Positions 1-9,658 of a DNA stretch of 64,000 bases are shown piece after piece (positions within the stretch are counted from its first letter, which is position 1; each line of letters begins with the position of its first letter). Location: positions 11,443-75,442 of the forward strand of contig JARRLN010000002.1 of NCBI GenBank assembly GCA_037386965.1. Reading direction: 5' to 3'. The notes below the pieces were generated by a model. The model was not told the origin of the DNA, did not search any database, and saw only the letters and a list, made by a program, of their open reading frames with translations. The stretch is from Nitrospirota bacterium. Lineage in GTDB: Bacteria > Nitrospirota > Thermodesulfovibrionia > Thermodesulfovibrionales > JdFR-86. The position numbers and the translations under genes are program-made.

Positions 1-1
1 G

Positions 2-526
2 CTGAGGGAAATCCTCCTCACCATGACCCGGCTCATGGCCCCGGTCCTCTCCTTCACCGCCGAGGAGATCTGGCGGTTCACGAAGGACGCCCCCGCGGAG
101 AGCGTCTTCCTCGCGCCCTTCCCCGTGGTGGAGGAACGTTTCCTCGACCACGCCCTGGAGAGAAGATGGGAGACCCTCATGGCGGTGCGCAACGAGGTGA
201 ACAGGGCCCTCGAGCTCAAGCGGAAGGACCGGATGATAGGCAACTCCCTGGAGGCCGGGGTCGTCCTGCACGCGCAGGACCGGGAGCTCCTGGCCCTCCT
301 CGAAGGATACCGGGACTTCCTGCCCACCCTGTTCATCGTCTCGGCGGCCTCCCTGAGGGGCGAGGGCCACGGGGAATACGCGAGCGAAGAGGTCCCGGGC
401 CTGAGCGTGGGCGTGGAGCGGGCTCCCGGCCAGAAGTGCGCCCGGTGCTGGAACTGGTCCACCACGGTGGGGCAGGTGGCCGAGGCGCCGGAAATCTGCC
501 AGAGATGCTACGGAAACATTACATGA
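2..526 (+). CDS. ileS: Isoleucyl-tRNA synthetase, C-terminal fragment (5' end lies outside the window)
   Basis: Open frame from the window edge. The C-terminal Zn-binding pattern CARCWNW...CQRC is typical of type-1 IleRS. The ileS-lspA arrangement is classical and the stop overlaps the lspA start (ATGA). Confidence 0.85.
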   Translation: MREILLTMTRLMAPVLSFTAEEIWRFTKDAPAESVFLAPFPVVEERFLDHALERRWETLMAVRNEVNRALELKRKDRMIGNSLEAGVVLHAQDRELLALLEGYRDFLPTLFIVSAASLRGEGHGEYASEEVPGLSVGVERAPGQKCARCWNWSTTVGQVAEAPEICQRCYGNIT

Positions 527-1008
527 GAAAGCTCCCCCTGGCCCTCACCGTCTCCGCCGGCACCCTGGCCCTGGACCAGATAACGAAATTCCTGGCCGTG
601 CGCTTCATCTCTCCGGCCCACCCGGTGGATGTCCTGCCCTTCCTCACCCTGGTCAACGTCCGTAACACCGGGGCGGCCTTCGGTATGCTCAGCTCCCTGG
701 GCAACACCTTCTTCGTTGCGGCCACCCTTGCGGCCATGGCCCTGGTGGCCTTTCTCCTCATCCGGGGAGACGAGGACGCCGTGGGCCTTTCGCTCATCCT
801 CGGGGGCGGGCTTGCCAACCTCATCGACCGCCTGGCCCTGGGCCACGTGCGCGACTTCATAGACGTGCACGCGGGCTCCCTGCACTGGCCGGCCTTCAAC
901 GTGGCGGACAGCGCCCTCACGGTGGGCATCGCCCTTCTCATCCTTAACGCCCTCCGGAGCAGGCCCCGCCCGGACAGGCTCCTGAGGGACGAAAAAGGCA
1001 GCCCCTGA
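523..1008 (+). CDS. lspA: Lipoprotein signal peptidase II
   Basis: MRKLPLALTVSAGTLALDQITK..., NTGAAFG and FNVADS motifs, four hydrophobic segments. The start at ATG 523 overlaps the ileS stop. The longer ORF from 166 is an out-of-context upstream extension. Confidence 0.9.
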   Translation: MRKLPLALTVSAGTLALDQITKFLAVRFISPAHPVDVLPFLTLVNVRNTGAAFGMLSSLGNTFFVAATLAAMALVAFLLIRGDEDAVGLSLILGGGLANLIDRLALGHVRDFIDVHAGSLHWPAFNVADSALTVGIALLILNALRSRPRPDRLLRDEKGSP

Positions 1009-1048
1009 GGAGGGCTGCCTCGCGCGCGGGCCTTCGGTATCCTGCCGC

Positions 1049-1534
1049 CTACGTCTTTACGCCCTCGCGGGCGATGGCCACCTTGCCGGTCCTCACCAGC
1101 TCCTTGATGCCCATGGGCTTCATGAGGTTGATGAAGGCCTCTATCTTGTCCTCGTCGCCGGTTATCTCCACCGTGTAGGTGCGCTCCGAGGAGTCGACGA
1201 TCTTGCCCCTGAAGGTCTCGGCCAGCTGGAAGACCTCGAACTTTCTCTCCGGCCTGGGGGCCACCTTCAGGAGTATCATCTCCCTCTCCACGTGCTCCAG
1301 CTCCACCATGTCGGTGACCTTGATGACGTCGATGAGCTTGTTGAGCTGCTTGGTTATCTGTTCGATGATCTGGTCGTCCCCCCGGGTGACGATGGTCATC
1401 TGGGAAACCCTGGGATCGGTGGTCACGCCCACGGACAGGCTCTCGATGTTATAGCCCCTGCCGCTGAACAGGCCCGACACCCGGGAGAGCACGCCGAACT
1501 TGTTTTCCACGAGCAACGAAATGGTATGCCTCAT
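1049..1534 (-). CDS. ilvN: Acetolactate synthase small (regulatory) subunit
   Basis: 161 aa with an ACT-domain N-terminus ([29 protein letters not shown]). The start overlaps the ilvB stop (ATGA). Confidence 0.9.
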   Translation of the reverse strand: MRHTISLLVENKFGVLSRVSGLFSGRGYNIESLSVGVTTDPRVSQMTIVTRGDDQIIEQITKQLNKLIDVIKVTDMVELEHVEREMILLKVAPRPERKFEVFQLAETFRGKIVDSSERTYTVEITGDEDKIEAFINLMKPMGIKELVRTGKVAIAREGVKT

Positions 1535-3264
1535 TTCACCGCCCTCAGTTTCTTCTTCTCGGGTTTCTCCTCCTCGGGAAACAGCATGTGGTCGATGGGC
1601 GCCCCCGCGGGCACCATGGGGTAGACCTTCTCCGTCCAGTCGACCACGAAGTCCATGACGACCGGCTTTCTGGTGGAGAAGGCCTCCTTGAGGACGGGCT
1701 CCACCTCCGAGGGCTTCTCGGCCCTAAGGCCCACGGCCCCGTACGCCTCGGCCACCTTCACGAAGTCCGGGGTGACGTCGAGGCTGGTGTGGGAGTAACG
1801 CTCCTGGAAGAACAGCTCCTGCCACTGCCTGACCATCCCCAGGTAGCGGTTGTTCAGGATGGCCACCTTCACCGGCAGGTTGTTGACCACCGCCGTGGCC
1901 AGCTCCTGGATGTTCATCTGGATGCTTCCGTCTCCGGCTATGTCGATGACCAGCTTCTCGGGCACGGCCATCTGCGCCCCGATGGCCGCCGGGAAGCCGT
2001 ATCCCATCGTCCCCAGCCCCCCGGAAGTCAGCCACTGCCGGGGCTTGTCGAACTTGTAGAACTGGGCGGCCCACATCTGGTTCTGTCCCACCTCGGTGGT
2101 GATGACGGCGTCGCCCCGGGTGAGCTCGTATATCTTCTGCACGACGAACTGGGGCTTGATGACCTTGTCGCTGGCCTCGTAGGAGAGGGGCCGCTCCTTT
2201 TTCCACGCCTCTATCTGGGCGAGCCACTTCTTCTTGACGGCCGCCCACTGCTCCTTCTTCTCGTCCTTGAGCACCTTGTTCAACTGCGTGAGCACGCGCT
2301 TGACGTCCCCCACCACCGGGATGTCCACCCGTATGTTCTTCCGTATGGAGGTGGGGTCGATGTCGATGTGGACGATCTTCGCATGGGGCGCGAAAGAGTC
2401 GGTCTTGCCCGTCACCCTGTCGTCAAACCGCATGCCGACGGCGACGAGGAGGTCCGACTCCTGGATGGCCTTGTTGGCGTAATAGGTGCCGTGCATCCCC
2501 GGCATCCCCAGGGAGAGCTTGTGGCTGCCCGGAAAACCGCCCAGGCCCATGAGGGTCATCGTCACCGGGATGCCCGTCATCTGGGCCAGCTCCCGGAGCT
2601 CCTTGTGCGCCCCCGAGAGGACCACTCCTCCTCCGGCCACGATGACCGGCCGGGTGGCCTTGGCGATGAGGGCGGCCGCCTTCTGTATCATCCATTTGTT
2701 GCCCTCGTACCGGGGCTTGTAGCTGCGTATGTCCATCGACTCGGGCCAGACGAACTCGGCCTTCCCCGCCGTAACGTCCTTGGGCAGGTCGATGAGCACC
2801 GGGCCGGGCCGCCCCGAGGAGGCGATATGGAAGGCCTCCCGGACGATGTGGGCCAAGTCCCCAACGTCCTTGACCAGGTAGTTGTACTTCGTGCACGGCC
2901 GGGTAATGCCCACGATGTCGGCCTCCTGGAAGGCGTCGTTGCCGATGAGCATGGTGGGTACCTGCCCGGAGAAGACCACCAGGGGGATGGAGTCCATGGA
3001 GGCCGTGGCGATTCCCGTCACCGTGTTGGTCGCCCCGGGGCCCGAGGTCACCAACGCCACGCCCACCTTCCCCGAGGCCCGGGCATAGCCGTCCGCTGCG
3101 TGTATGGCTCCCTGCTCGTGGCGGGTAAGGATGAGGTTGAGGTCTTTATCGTCATAGAGGAGGTCGAAGATGTTCAGCACCACGCCCCCGGGGTATCCGA
3201 AGATGTGCTTCACCCCCTCCTTCTTCAGGCTCTTAAGCAGAATCTCTGCGCCCGTTATCTTCAT
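1531..3264 (-). CDS. ilvB: Acetolactate synthase large (catalytic) subunit, ThDP-dependent
   Basis: [18 protein letters not shown]..., ThDP motif [12 protein letters not shown]...NN. ATG 3264 has a GGAG 11 nt upstream; the TTG at 3279 in the ORF track is a less likely start. Confidence 0.9.
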   Translation of the reverse strand: MKITGAEILLKSLKKEGVKHIFGYPGGVVLNIFDLLYDDKDLNLILTRHEQGAIHAADGYARASGKVGVALVTSGPGATNTVTGIATASMDSIPLVVFSGQVPTMLIGNDAFQEADIVGITRPCTKYNYLVKDVGDLAHIVREAFHIASSGRPGPVLIDLPKDVTAGKAEFVWPESMDIRSYKPRYEGNKWMIQKAAALIAKATRPVIVAGGGVVLSGAHKELRELAQMTGIPVTMTLMGLGGFPGSHKLSLGMPGMHGTYYANKAIQESDLLVAVGMRFDDRVTGKTDSFAPHAKIVHIDIDPTSIRKNIRVDIPVVGDVKRVLTQLNKVLKDEKKEQWAAVKKKWLAQIEAWKKERPLSYEASDKVIKPQFVVQKIYELTRGDAVITTEVGQNQMWAAQFYKFDKPRQWLTSGGLGTMGYGFPAAIGAQMAVPEKLVIDIAGDGSIQMNIQELATAVVNNLPVKVAILNNRYLGMVRQWQELFFQERYSHTSLDVTPDFVKVAEAYGAVGLRAEKPSEVEPVLKEAFSTRKPVVMDFVVDWTEKVYPMVPAGAPIDHMLFPEEEKPEKKKLRAVK

Positions 3265-3430
3265 GTGCCGGAACTCCAAGCTCTTAAGTTTTGAGGTTTA
3301 TTCTACCACAAAGCCCCGGCGCGAAGGTCGCCCGGCACACGGGCGAGAGCCTCCGCAGCGACATGTTCTGAGCGAGAAAGCCGACCCGGCAACGGACCAT
3401 GAGCCCCCGGAAGCGCCGGAGGCCACCCCC

Positions 3431-4219
3431 TTACGGCCCGGCTGCCCTCACCTTGACGTACGCGGCCAGGCGCTCGAGGGCCTCCCGCACCGCCGGCCCA
3501 TCCGGCAGCACCCGGCCCAGACGGCCCAGGACGTCGCGCTTGAGCAGGATGCGGAAGCTCGTCCGGAAAGTGAGGTCATGGACCCAGGAAAGCTGCACAA
3601 GGACATAGTCCTTCCCGGTACGGCAGATGTCTATCGAAGGTATGCGTCCTTCCTTGACGGCGTCCAGCACCGCGTCCGTACAGGCGTCCTTGGGGCTGAG
3701 CCCCAGATTGGCGGCCGCCGAGCGCTCCCCGGGCGGGGTGTCGTGCCATTCGGAGAAGACGCGCCAGATGTCCAGCTTGTCCGCGTCCCGGATGAGCCTC
3801 AAGCAAAGCTCCGCCTCCGGCCGCCCGAGGTCCGGCACCCGGAAGGCGTTGTGATACCGCACCACGGCCAGGATGACATCCCTCTCGGCCTCGGGAAGCC
3901 CCGCCAGGAGCCCCTCCTCCTCGATGACCCTGGCCCCGAGGAGGCCGTGGTTCACGGAAGAGGCGTCCCGGAACGTTCCGTAGCGGGCGAGCTGGGGGAA
4001 ACGCCCCACGTCGTGAAGAAGCGCCGCGGCGGCCGCCACCCGGGCCTTCTCCCGGGAGAGGCCCTCTTCGCGAGCAATGCGCTCGGCGTTCCGAAGCACC
4101 TCCCGGGTGTGCCGCTCCTTCAGAAGGAAATTCCGCCGCTCCTCCTCGGACCGCGGGACGAAGGAGCGGACGTATCGGGAAAACCACCGGCGGAAGTCGC
4201 GCAGGTCGCTATCGAGCAT
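3431..4219 (-). CDS. HD-domain phosphohydrolase-family protein
   Basis: LLHDVGRF...DADKLD His/Asp signature of the HD superfamily. Starts 8 nt after the upstream selenoprotein gene stop. Confidence 0.7.
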   Translation of the reverse strand: MLDSDLRDFRRWFSRYVRSFVPRSEEERRNFLLKERHTREVLRNAERIAREEGLSREKARVAAAAALLHDVGRFPQLARYGTFRDASSVNHGLLGARVIEEEGLLAGLPEAERDVILAVVRYHNAFRVPDLGRPEAELCLRLIRDADKLDIWRVFSEWHDTPPGERSAAANLGLSPKDACTDAVLDAVKEGRIPSIDICRTGKDYVLVQLSWVHDLTFRTSFRILLKRDVLGRLGRVLPDGPAVREALERLAAYVKVRAAGP

Positions 4220-4227
4220 CGGGACGC

Positions 4228-5043
4228 TCAGCAGAGGTCAAGCTTCTCGTCCTCGTAGCTCTCCCGCCTCCACTTGTACGGAATGTCCCTGATCTCTCCC
4301 GGGGTCTTGATGGAATAGAGGGCCTCGAAGGCGCGAATGAGCACGGCGCGCTGCTGGTTTCTGTTGAAGGGCTCTCCGAGGGGATGGCCGAAGGGCCAGT
4401 GCAGGTATATGCTCCTGGGGGGCTTGACCTTCTCGGTATAGGCCCGCACGATGGAGATGCCCACGGTGGCGATGCCCGCCCTTTCTATCTCCCTTTGTAC
4501 CAGTGCCACGGACTGGTTGCAGATTCCTCACCCCGGCGTCAGGACGACGACGTCGACCCCCCGGGAGGCAAGCTCGCGGGCGCACCAGGGGGCGCTCTTC
4601 TCGACAAGGGTTTTGACGTGCGGCTCCTCGATGTGGCCCATGAAGCTGTAATGCAGCTCCGCCACCTTCCCCAGGGCCCCCTCCTCCTGAAACTCCCACA
4701 GCCTTTCGATGGGGAAGACAATGTTGATGTCCTTGTCGGCGTCCCTGTGGTCGTAGTAGTCGTGGGTAATCATCAGGCTCGTGAGAGGCCGCCGGACGTC
4801 GATGACCCTGACCGAGGGGTCGCCGTGGGGGTCTTGCATGTCGAAGGGTCTCTGGTCCTTGTGGTGCACGCCCGCCGTGGTGACAAGGGCCACCGTGGCC
4901 TCGCACAGGGGCTTGGGAGTGCTCCAGGGTATCTCTCCGGCGGTCTCCAGGGCCTCCCGGCCCTCGGAGACGAAGCGGGAGATGGCCGGAAAACGGCTCG
5001 TGGCCCTGGCCACCGCCTTGTTTATCGCCTTTTTTATGCTCAT
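4228..5043 (-). CDS. GrdB-family (glycine/sarcosine/betaine reductase component B-like) selenoprotein with in-frame UGA at 4530..4528
   Basis: ORFs 4528..5043 and 4228..4509 share one frame, separated only by TGA plus 6 sense codons. The read-through junction is VVVLTPG-U-GICNQSVALVQREIERAGIATVG (U-x-x-C). A hairpin follows. Confidence 0.7.
4499..4517 (-). promoter_or_regulatory. SECIS-like stem-loop 10 nt downstream of the in-frame UGA
   Basis: Minus-strand RNA ACCAGU-CCGUGGC-ACUGGU: a perfect 6-bp stem and a 7-nt G/U-containing loop, starting at nt +11 after UGA. Confidence 0.55.
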
Positions 5044-5222
5044 CTGTTTCCTTTATCCCCATTTGCCCCGGAGGCGGCGTATATCCCCATTATACGCGCA
5101 TGGGTGAGCCTTGTGCAGTACCTCGATAATGGCGGTTGCAGAGCCTTAACTTTTACTTCCCCTATGGCGAAAAAAAGTGTAAAATAGCCATGTAACACAC
5201 ACAACAACGGGGAGGGGGTTTC

Positions 5223-5498
5223 ATGAACAAAAAGAAGCTCATAAGAAAAATCTCCAATGACACAGGCCTGACCCTCAGGCAGGCGGGCTCTGCCGTGGAA
5301 GCCCTGCTGGACACCGTCACCGACAGTCTGAAGAGGGGAAAGAAGTTCCGACTGAGCGGTTTCGGCACATTCTCCATCGGCAGGAGAAGGTCACGCTGGG
5401 GACGCCACCCTCGCACGGGGGACAAAATCAAGATACTGGCTTCGAAGTTCCCGAAGTTCACCCCGGCTCGCAAGCTCAAGGACATGGTCAGAAAATAG
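5223..5498 (+). CDS. HU/IHF-family nucleoid-associated DNA-binding protein
   Basis: 91 aa; LSGFGTFSIGRRRSRWGRHPRTGDKIKI is the beta-arm signature. A G-rich RBS (GGGGAGGGGG) precedes the ATG. Confidence 0.9.
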   Translation: MNKKKLIRKISNDTGLTLRQAGSAVEALLDTVTDSLKRGKKFRLSGFGTFSIGRRRSRWGRHPRTGDKIKILASKFPKFTPARKLKDMVRK

Positions 5499-5749
5499 CG
5501 GTACTCCTCCGCCGCACCGGGAGCCGCCTTGCACCGGACGGCGGTTCCTTGGGGAGGATCGAAACGGTGGGGTTGAAAAAATCCGGCTCTGCCGCAGGAG
5601 CATTTCTTTTCCGCCGTTGCCACTGACGTCGCGACACAGCCCACTCACCTTCCGGACGGGCACCGATGCCCATCTCCTGGCGAGTGCAGGCCGCCGCCTT
5701 TTCCGGCGCCCTTCCAAGGGGCTTTTCAGCCGGGGGAAAGGTCCGGGGC

Positions 5750-7003
5750 CTACCGCTCTTCTTCCTCTTGCCGCCACAGGGAGCAGAAGGCCGCCTTCTC
5801 GTCGGGCAGGCAGGTCCGAAGCACGGACCACCTCAGGGTGAGGGGCGCCAGAAACGTGGTGGCAAAGGCCATGAGGATCAGCGCGGAGAACTGCACTTCC
5901 GTCAGCAGGGGCTCGGCGATGCTCCCCGCGGCGAGGAGCTCTTGGCTGAGCTTGATGACCACCGAGGCGATGACCAGCTCCACCGCCCCCCGGCCGTTCA
6001 AGCCGAAGCCCACCACGACGGATTCCCATACGTTGCGGCGGAAGGGGTAGAGCCCCAGGCCACAGCCCACCAGCTTGCCCAGCACGGCCACGGCGGTCAG
6101 GGCCGCGGCGAAGAGGACGAAGTGCCAGCTTGCCTCGAAATTGAGGTGAAACGAAAGGGAGGCGAAGAAAATGGGCACCAGGAAGCCATAGCTCAACCCG
6201 AAGAAGCGGTCGCTGATGGCGTCGAAAATCCCGGGGTCCATTATCTCCTTCCTGACGAACTGCCCCGCCAGGAAGGCCCCGATAATCAGGTGCAGGCCCG
6301 CCAGCTCAGCCAGGTACGCCATGGCCAGGGCGACGCTTATGGCGAAGGTGAAGGCCTTGCCCTCCTTGTCGTGGAGCTTGCGGGTAAAGCGGGGAAGGAC
6401 GTACTGTCCCGCCAGGATGGTGGCGGCAAAGAAGGCCACTACCTTGAAGACCACCCAGGCCACCCCGGCAACCTCCACGGTGCCGGTCCGGGCCAGTCCC
6501 AGAAGCACGGAGAGGGCCACCAGGGAGAAGATGTCGTCGGCGATGGCCGCCCCGATGATGATATGGCCGACGTAGGTCCGGTTTATGCGGAGGGAATGCA
6601 AGATGACGGCCTGCACAGCGATGGCGCTGATGGAAATGCCCATGCCCATGAAAAGGGCCTGGTAGACCGTGGCCCCGAAGAGCCTACCGGCCCCGTAGCC
6701 CAGGGCGAAGGGCAGGACGAACCCTCCGACGGCGGTGGCCAGGGAGGGCCAGAAGTGCTCCATGAGCTCCCTGGGGTCCATCTCCACGCCGGTATAAAAC
6801 ATCACGAAGAATATCCCCAGCTCCGCGATGAGTTCTATGGAAGGAGAGGTGGTAACGATTCCCAGAAGCGGGGGGCCGAGAATGACGCCGGCCAACAGCT
6901 CGCCCAGCATAACCGGAAGGCCGAACCGGCGGAAGATGGTCCCGAGAACCCAGGCAAGGACGAGAATAAGGAGGAGGTTGACGATGAGCTCGCCGGTAAT
7001 CAC
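5750..7003 (-). CDS. Cation:proton antiporter (CPA2/Kef-NapA-like)
   Basis: 417 aa polytopic membrane protein. The N-terminus LPVMLGELLAGVILGP is typical of the Na_H_exchanger family. GTG start. Confidence 0.75.
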   Translation of the reverse strand: MITGELIVNLLLILVLAWVLGTIFRRFGLPVMLGELLAGVILGPPLLGIVTTSPSIELIAELGIFFVMFYTGVEMDPRELMEHFWPSLATAVGGFVLPFALGYGAGRLFGATVYQALFMGMGISISAIAVQAVILHSLRINRTYVGHIIIGAAIADDIFSLVALSVLLGLARTGTVEVAGVAWVVFKVVAFFAATILAGQYVLPRFTRKLHDKEGKAFTFAISVALAMAYLAELAGLHLIIGAFLAGQFVRKEIMDPGIFDAISDRFFGLSYGFLVPIFFASLSFHLNFEASWHFVLFAAALTAVAVLGKLVGCGLGLYPFRRNVWESVVVGFGLNGRGAVELVIASVVIKLSQELLAAGSIAEPLLTEVQFSALILMAFATTFLAPLTLRWSVLRTCLPDEKAAFCSLWRQEEEER

Positions 7004-7053
7004 GCGCAGAGCCCCGCGGCCTCAGCCCTCACGCGGCTCCGGACATAACGCCA

Positions 7054-7215
7054 TCAGTATCCCACACCCGGGCCGGACCCGCCCCAGTAGGCGATAACAT
7101 AGTAAAGCGCCCAGGCCGCCACCAGCAGCGAGCCGATGACGAACCACAGGGGGGTCTTCTCCCGCATGTAGCTGCCGATGCGTATCTCCTTCTTCTCCCG
7201 GGTCTCCTCACTCAT
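7054..7215 (-). CDS. Small single-TM protein, FixP-N-terminal-helix/CcoQ-like (absent from the ORF track, 53 aa)
   Basis: MSEETREKKEIRIGSYMREKTPLWFVIGSLLVAAWALYYVIAYWGGSGPGVGY. The start overlaps the ccoS stop by 8 nt. P-L-W-F...A-L-Y-Y-V-I-A-Y-W resembles the NPLPRWW...ALGYLVLYP helix of CcoP. Confidence 0.45.
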   Translation of the reverse strand: MSEETREKKEIRIGSYMREKTPLWFVIGSLLVAAWALYYVIAYWGGSGPGVGY

Positions 7216-7363
7216 CGGAAAGCTCCCTCTGAAGCACGCGGTACTTTATCTCCTCCGCGTCCTCGTAATGGCCGCTGAGGACCGCCCATATGAACACGCA
7301 GAGCGCCCCAAGCCCCATCAGAACGGCGACGATGAATTCCAGTATCACAATCTCTTCGCCCAT
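7208..7363 (-). CDS. ccoS: cbb3 oxidase maturation protein CcoS/FixS (absent from the ORF track, 51 aa)
   Basis: MGEEIVILEFIVAVLMGLGALCVFIWAVLSGHYEDAEEIKYRVLQRELSDE: one TM followed by W-A-V-x-S-G-x-(Y/F)-(E/D)D, the CcoS family pattern. Confidence 0.65.
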   Translation of the reverse strand: MGEEIVILEFIVAVLMGLGALCVFIWAVLSGHYEDAEEIKYRVLQRELSDE

Positions 7364-7447
7364 GCCCGCTCCCCCGGGAAAGGCCTCCGCGGCGGCGCCC
7401 CGGCGGAGCAGCCACCCCTTCCCCTTTTCCTTTGGCTCACCTCAAGC

Positions 7448-8188
7448 TCACTGTTCTTCCCGCCGGACCTTCAGCTCTATCGTGCCCATGTCCGTTTTGC
7501 CGCCGGCCTTGACGGTGACGGGCTTCTCCACGGTCTCGGCCCCTTCCTGCCAAATGACCACCGTGTAGTCCCCGGGAGGGATGTCCCCGATGCTGAAGTC
7601 CCCGTCCTCCGAAGACAGGGCATAGTACGGGTTGTCGGCCACGTAAATCCAGGCCCTCATCCACTGGTGCACGTCGCATTTCACGTGCATGAGCCCGGCT
7701 GTATTTATCTTCTTTTCCACCTTGGCGCCCTTGAAGGGAAGGGCCACGTTGAAGACCGTATTGCCCCTGATGAAACCGTGCGTATTGTGTAAAATGGGAT
7801 CCGAATCCAGTATGGTCAGGGTATCCCCCACGGGCATCGCCTGGACGTGGGGTTCGAACGCGCACTTCTTGTTGTTCAGCGTATAGGTCCGCTTTGCCGG
7901 CCACCTCTTCCCGCTTTCCACGCTCTTCAGATAGACGACGGCGTCCTTCACCCCATTGTCATCGCCCACCTCGATGAGCGCCTCCTTCCGCATGCCGTCG
8001 CACACGCTCTTGTTCTTGTTGGGTATGATGGTCCGCTCGGGGGGCGACCCCTTGAAGATGACCCTCCCCACCACCGATCCACCGTCGGACACCGTCTCCT
8101 CCTTGTAGGCGTCCGCGGGTGCCGCAGAAAAAACAAGTACGGCGAGCAACATCGTCAAGGCGACACCTGCCGGTACTGTATGTCTCAC
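7448..8188 (-). CDS. Secreted cupredoxin-like protein (putative type-1 Cu site) with beta-sandwich (carboxypeptidase-regulatory-like) segments
   Basis: Signal peptide ending APADA. Candidate ligand set HNTH ... C-D-V-H-Q-W-M (C-x2-H-x2-M). C-terminal GDFSIGDIPPGDYTVVIWQEG. Confidence 0.6.
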   Translation of the reverse strand: MRHTVPAGVALTMLLAVLVFSAAPADAYKEETVSDGGSVVGRVIFKGSPPERTIIPNKNKSVCDGMRKEALIEVGDDNGVKDAVVYLKSVESGKRWPAKRTYTLNNKKCAFEPHVQAMPVGDTLTILDSDPILHNTHGFIRGNTVFNVALPFKGAKVEKKINTAGLMHVKCDVHQWMRAWIYVADNPYYALSSEDGDFSIGDIPPGDYTVVIWQEGAETVEKPVTVKAGGKTDMGTIELKVRREEQ

Positions 8189-8317
8189 TCTTCTGCCTCC
8201 TCTCGTTTCTCCATGGTCAGCCTCGCTCCGCCGGTTCGCCGCTTCCCTGGGCTCCTTTCCCCTGCTGCTTTCTCTGCCCTGCTTCCTGCGTCCCCTCGGG
8301 CGCTTTCTTCGCCGTCT

Positions 8318-9658
8318 TTACTCGGCGGCGAAGCTCAGCACATAGTACGACAGGGCCCAAGTGTCGCTCTCGGACTGAAGGAAGCTCCGATACGACGGCA
8401 TGGGGGTCCCGTTCAGCCCGGTCATCAAGGTCCGGAAGATATCCCCCGGCCGCGGGCCCACTTTCCACTGCCCGTTGGTGAAGTTCGCAGGCAGGATGGG
8501 GTTGCCCAGGTCGTCGGTCATACCCACGGCGGCGGGGCCGTCCCCCTCGCCGTCCTTGGCGTGACACTGCCAGCACTGGAATTTTTCGTACAGGTTCTTG
8601 CCGCGCGCAAGCATTGCCGGCGTGGGCTCCGGCGCCTCCGGGACGTAGACGGGCTTTCCGGGCTTCTCCTTCTTGAACGCCGGGGAGAACGTCTTTATGT
8701 ACTGGATGATGTCCCACCGCTCCGACTCCGGCAGCATGTTCCAGGGCGGCATGGCCGTCCCCCGAACACCGATGGTGATGGTCCGGTACAGGTCGGTGTC
8801 CAGGGGCAGCGAGCCCGTGGGCGTGGAGCGGAACTTGAAAACCCCCCGGGTGAAGTTCCGGGGCTTGACTTTCCGGAAGAACCTGGCCGCCGGGCCGTCG
8901 CCTTTCCCGTCCTTGCCGTGGCAGCCCGCGCAGCGGCGATTAAAGCTCTTCTTGCCCCGCGCGAGGGACGCATTGTCCGCGATGGCGTTGGACCCCTCGC
9001 CGGCCAACCGGGAGATATAGGCGTTTCTCCATTTCCCCCGGTTCATCCCCAGGAACTGGACGAAGGCGATGACGGCCTCCCCGTCCTCGTTGGGAACAAA
9101 CTCGGACTCCACGGGAAGGACGCGCTGGCGCTCCCCCTCGGTAAGCTTCCGCCCGGCCTCCTCCTGCTCCTCTTCCGCGGGCTTCTCATACTTCTTGTAA
9201 AACCACGGGAAGCCGGGCATGATGGAGTCGGGCACCACGAGGCGGGGGTTGAAAAAGTGGGCCCGGTGCCAGTCGTCCCCGTACTTGCCGCCCTCGCGGA
9301 TGATGTCGGGCCCTATGCGGCGGGTGCTCATGGTGTGGGGAATGTCGTACGCATACTCTCCCGCCTGAGAGACCGGCCCCCACCTGCGGTCCTCCCCGGC
9401 CACCGGACGGACATACATGGAATGGCAGTACCAGCAGCCCTCCCTGATGAATATCTCCCGGCCACGCTTGACCTTCCCCTGGTAGGGCCGGGCCTCGCCG
9501 TCCACCTCCTGAAGCAGCCCCAGGTCGGTGCGCACCCATGTGGACACCTTGGTCGTGTGCGTGTCCCTGGTGAAGTACGGGATGAGCGCCTGCACCCCGA
9601 TGGCCGCCATGATGAACACGAACCCCGCCGTGAGCGCTATTACTTTCGCCCGCTTCAC
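8318..9658 (-). CDS. ccoO: Fused CcoO-CcoP: cbb3 oxidase monohaem subunit II joined to a dihaem cytochrome c domain (3 CxxCH)
   Basis: N-terminal TM plus CWYCHS and ...GPDIIREGGKYGDDWHRAHFFNPR (the FixO signature). The C-terminal half carries CAGCHGKDGKGDG and CWQCHAKDGEGDG. Confidence 0.8.
   Translation of the reverse strand: MKRAKVIALTAGFVFIMAAIGVQALIPYFTRDTHTTKVSTWVRTDLGLLQEVDGEARPYQGKVKRGREIFIREGCWYCHSMYVRPVAGEDRRWGPVSQAGEYAYDIPHTMSTRRIGPDIIREGGKYGDDWHRAHFFNPRLVVPDSIMPGFPWFYKKYEKPAEEEQEEAGRKLTEGERQRVLPVESEFVPNEDGEAVIAFVQFLGMNRGKWRNAYISRLAGEGSNAIADNASLARGKKSFNRRCAGCHGKDGKGDGPAARFFRKVKPRNFTRGVFKFRSTPTGSLPLDTDLYRTITIGVRGTAMPPWNMLPESERWDIIQYIKTFSPAFKKEKPGKPVYVPEAPEPTPAMLARGKNLYEKFQCWQCHAKDGEGDGPAAVGMTDDLGNPILPANFTNGQWKVGPRPGDIFRTLMTGLNGTPMPSYRSFLQSESDTWALSYYVLSFAAE

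Noticed and set aside
166-522. N-terminal extension of the lspA ORF (start at 166)
   Set aside because: The extension overlaps ileS in another frame and is Gly/Arg/Pro-rich. The LspA homology starts at ATG 523, which overlaps the ileS stop.
1588-3294. 568-aa ORF on the plus strand
   Set aside because: It lies entirely antisense to the well-supported ilvB gene. Its translation is Gly/Arg/Pro/His-rich low-complexity sequence, typical of shadow ORFs in high-GC DNA.
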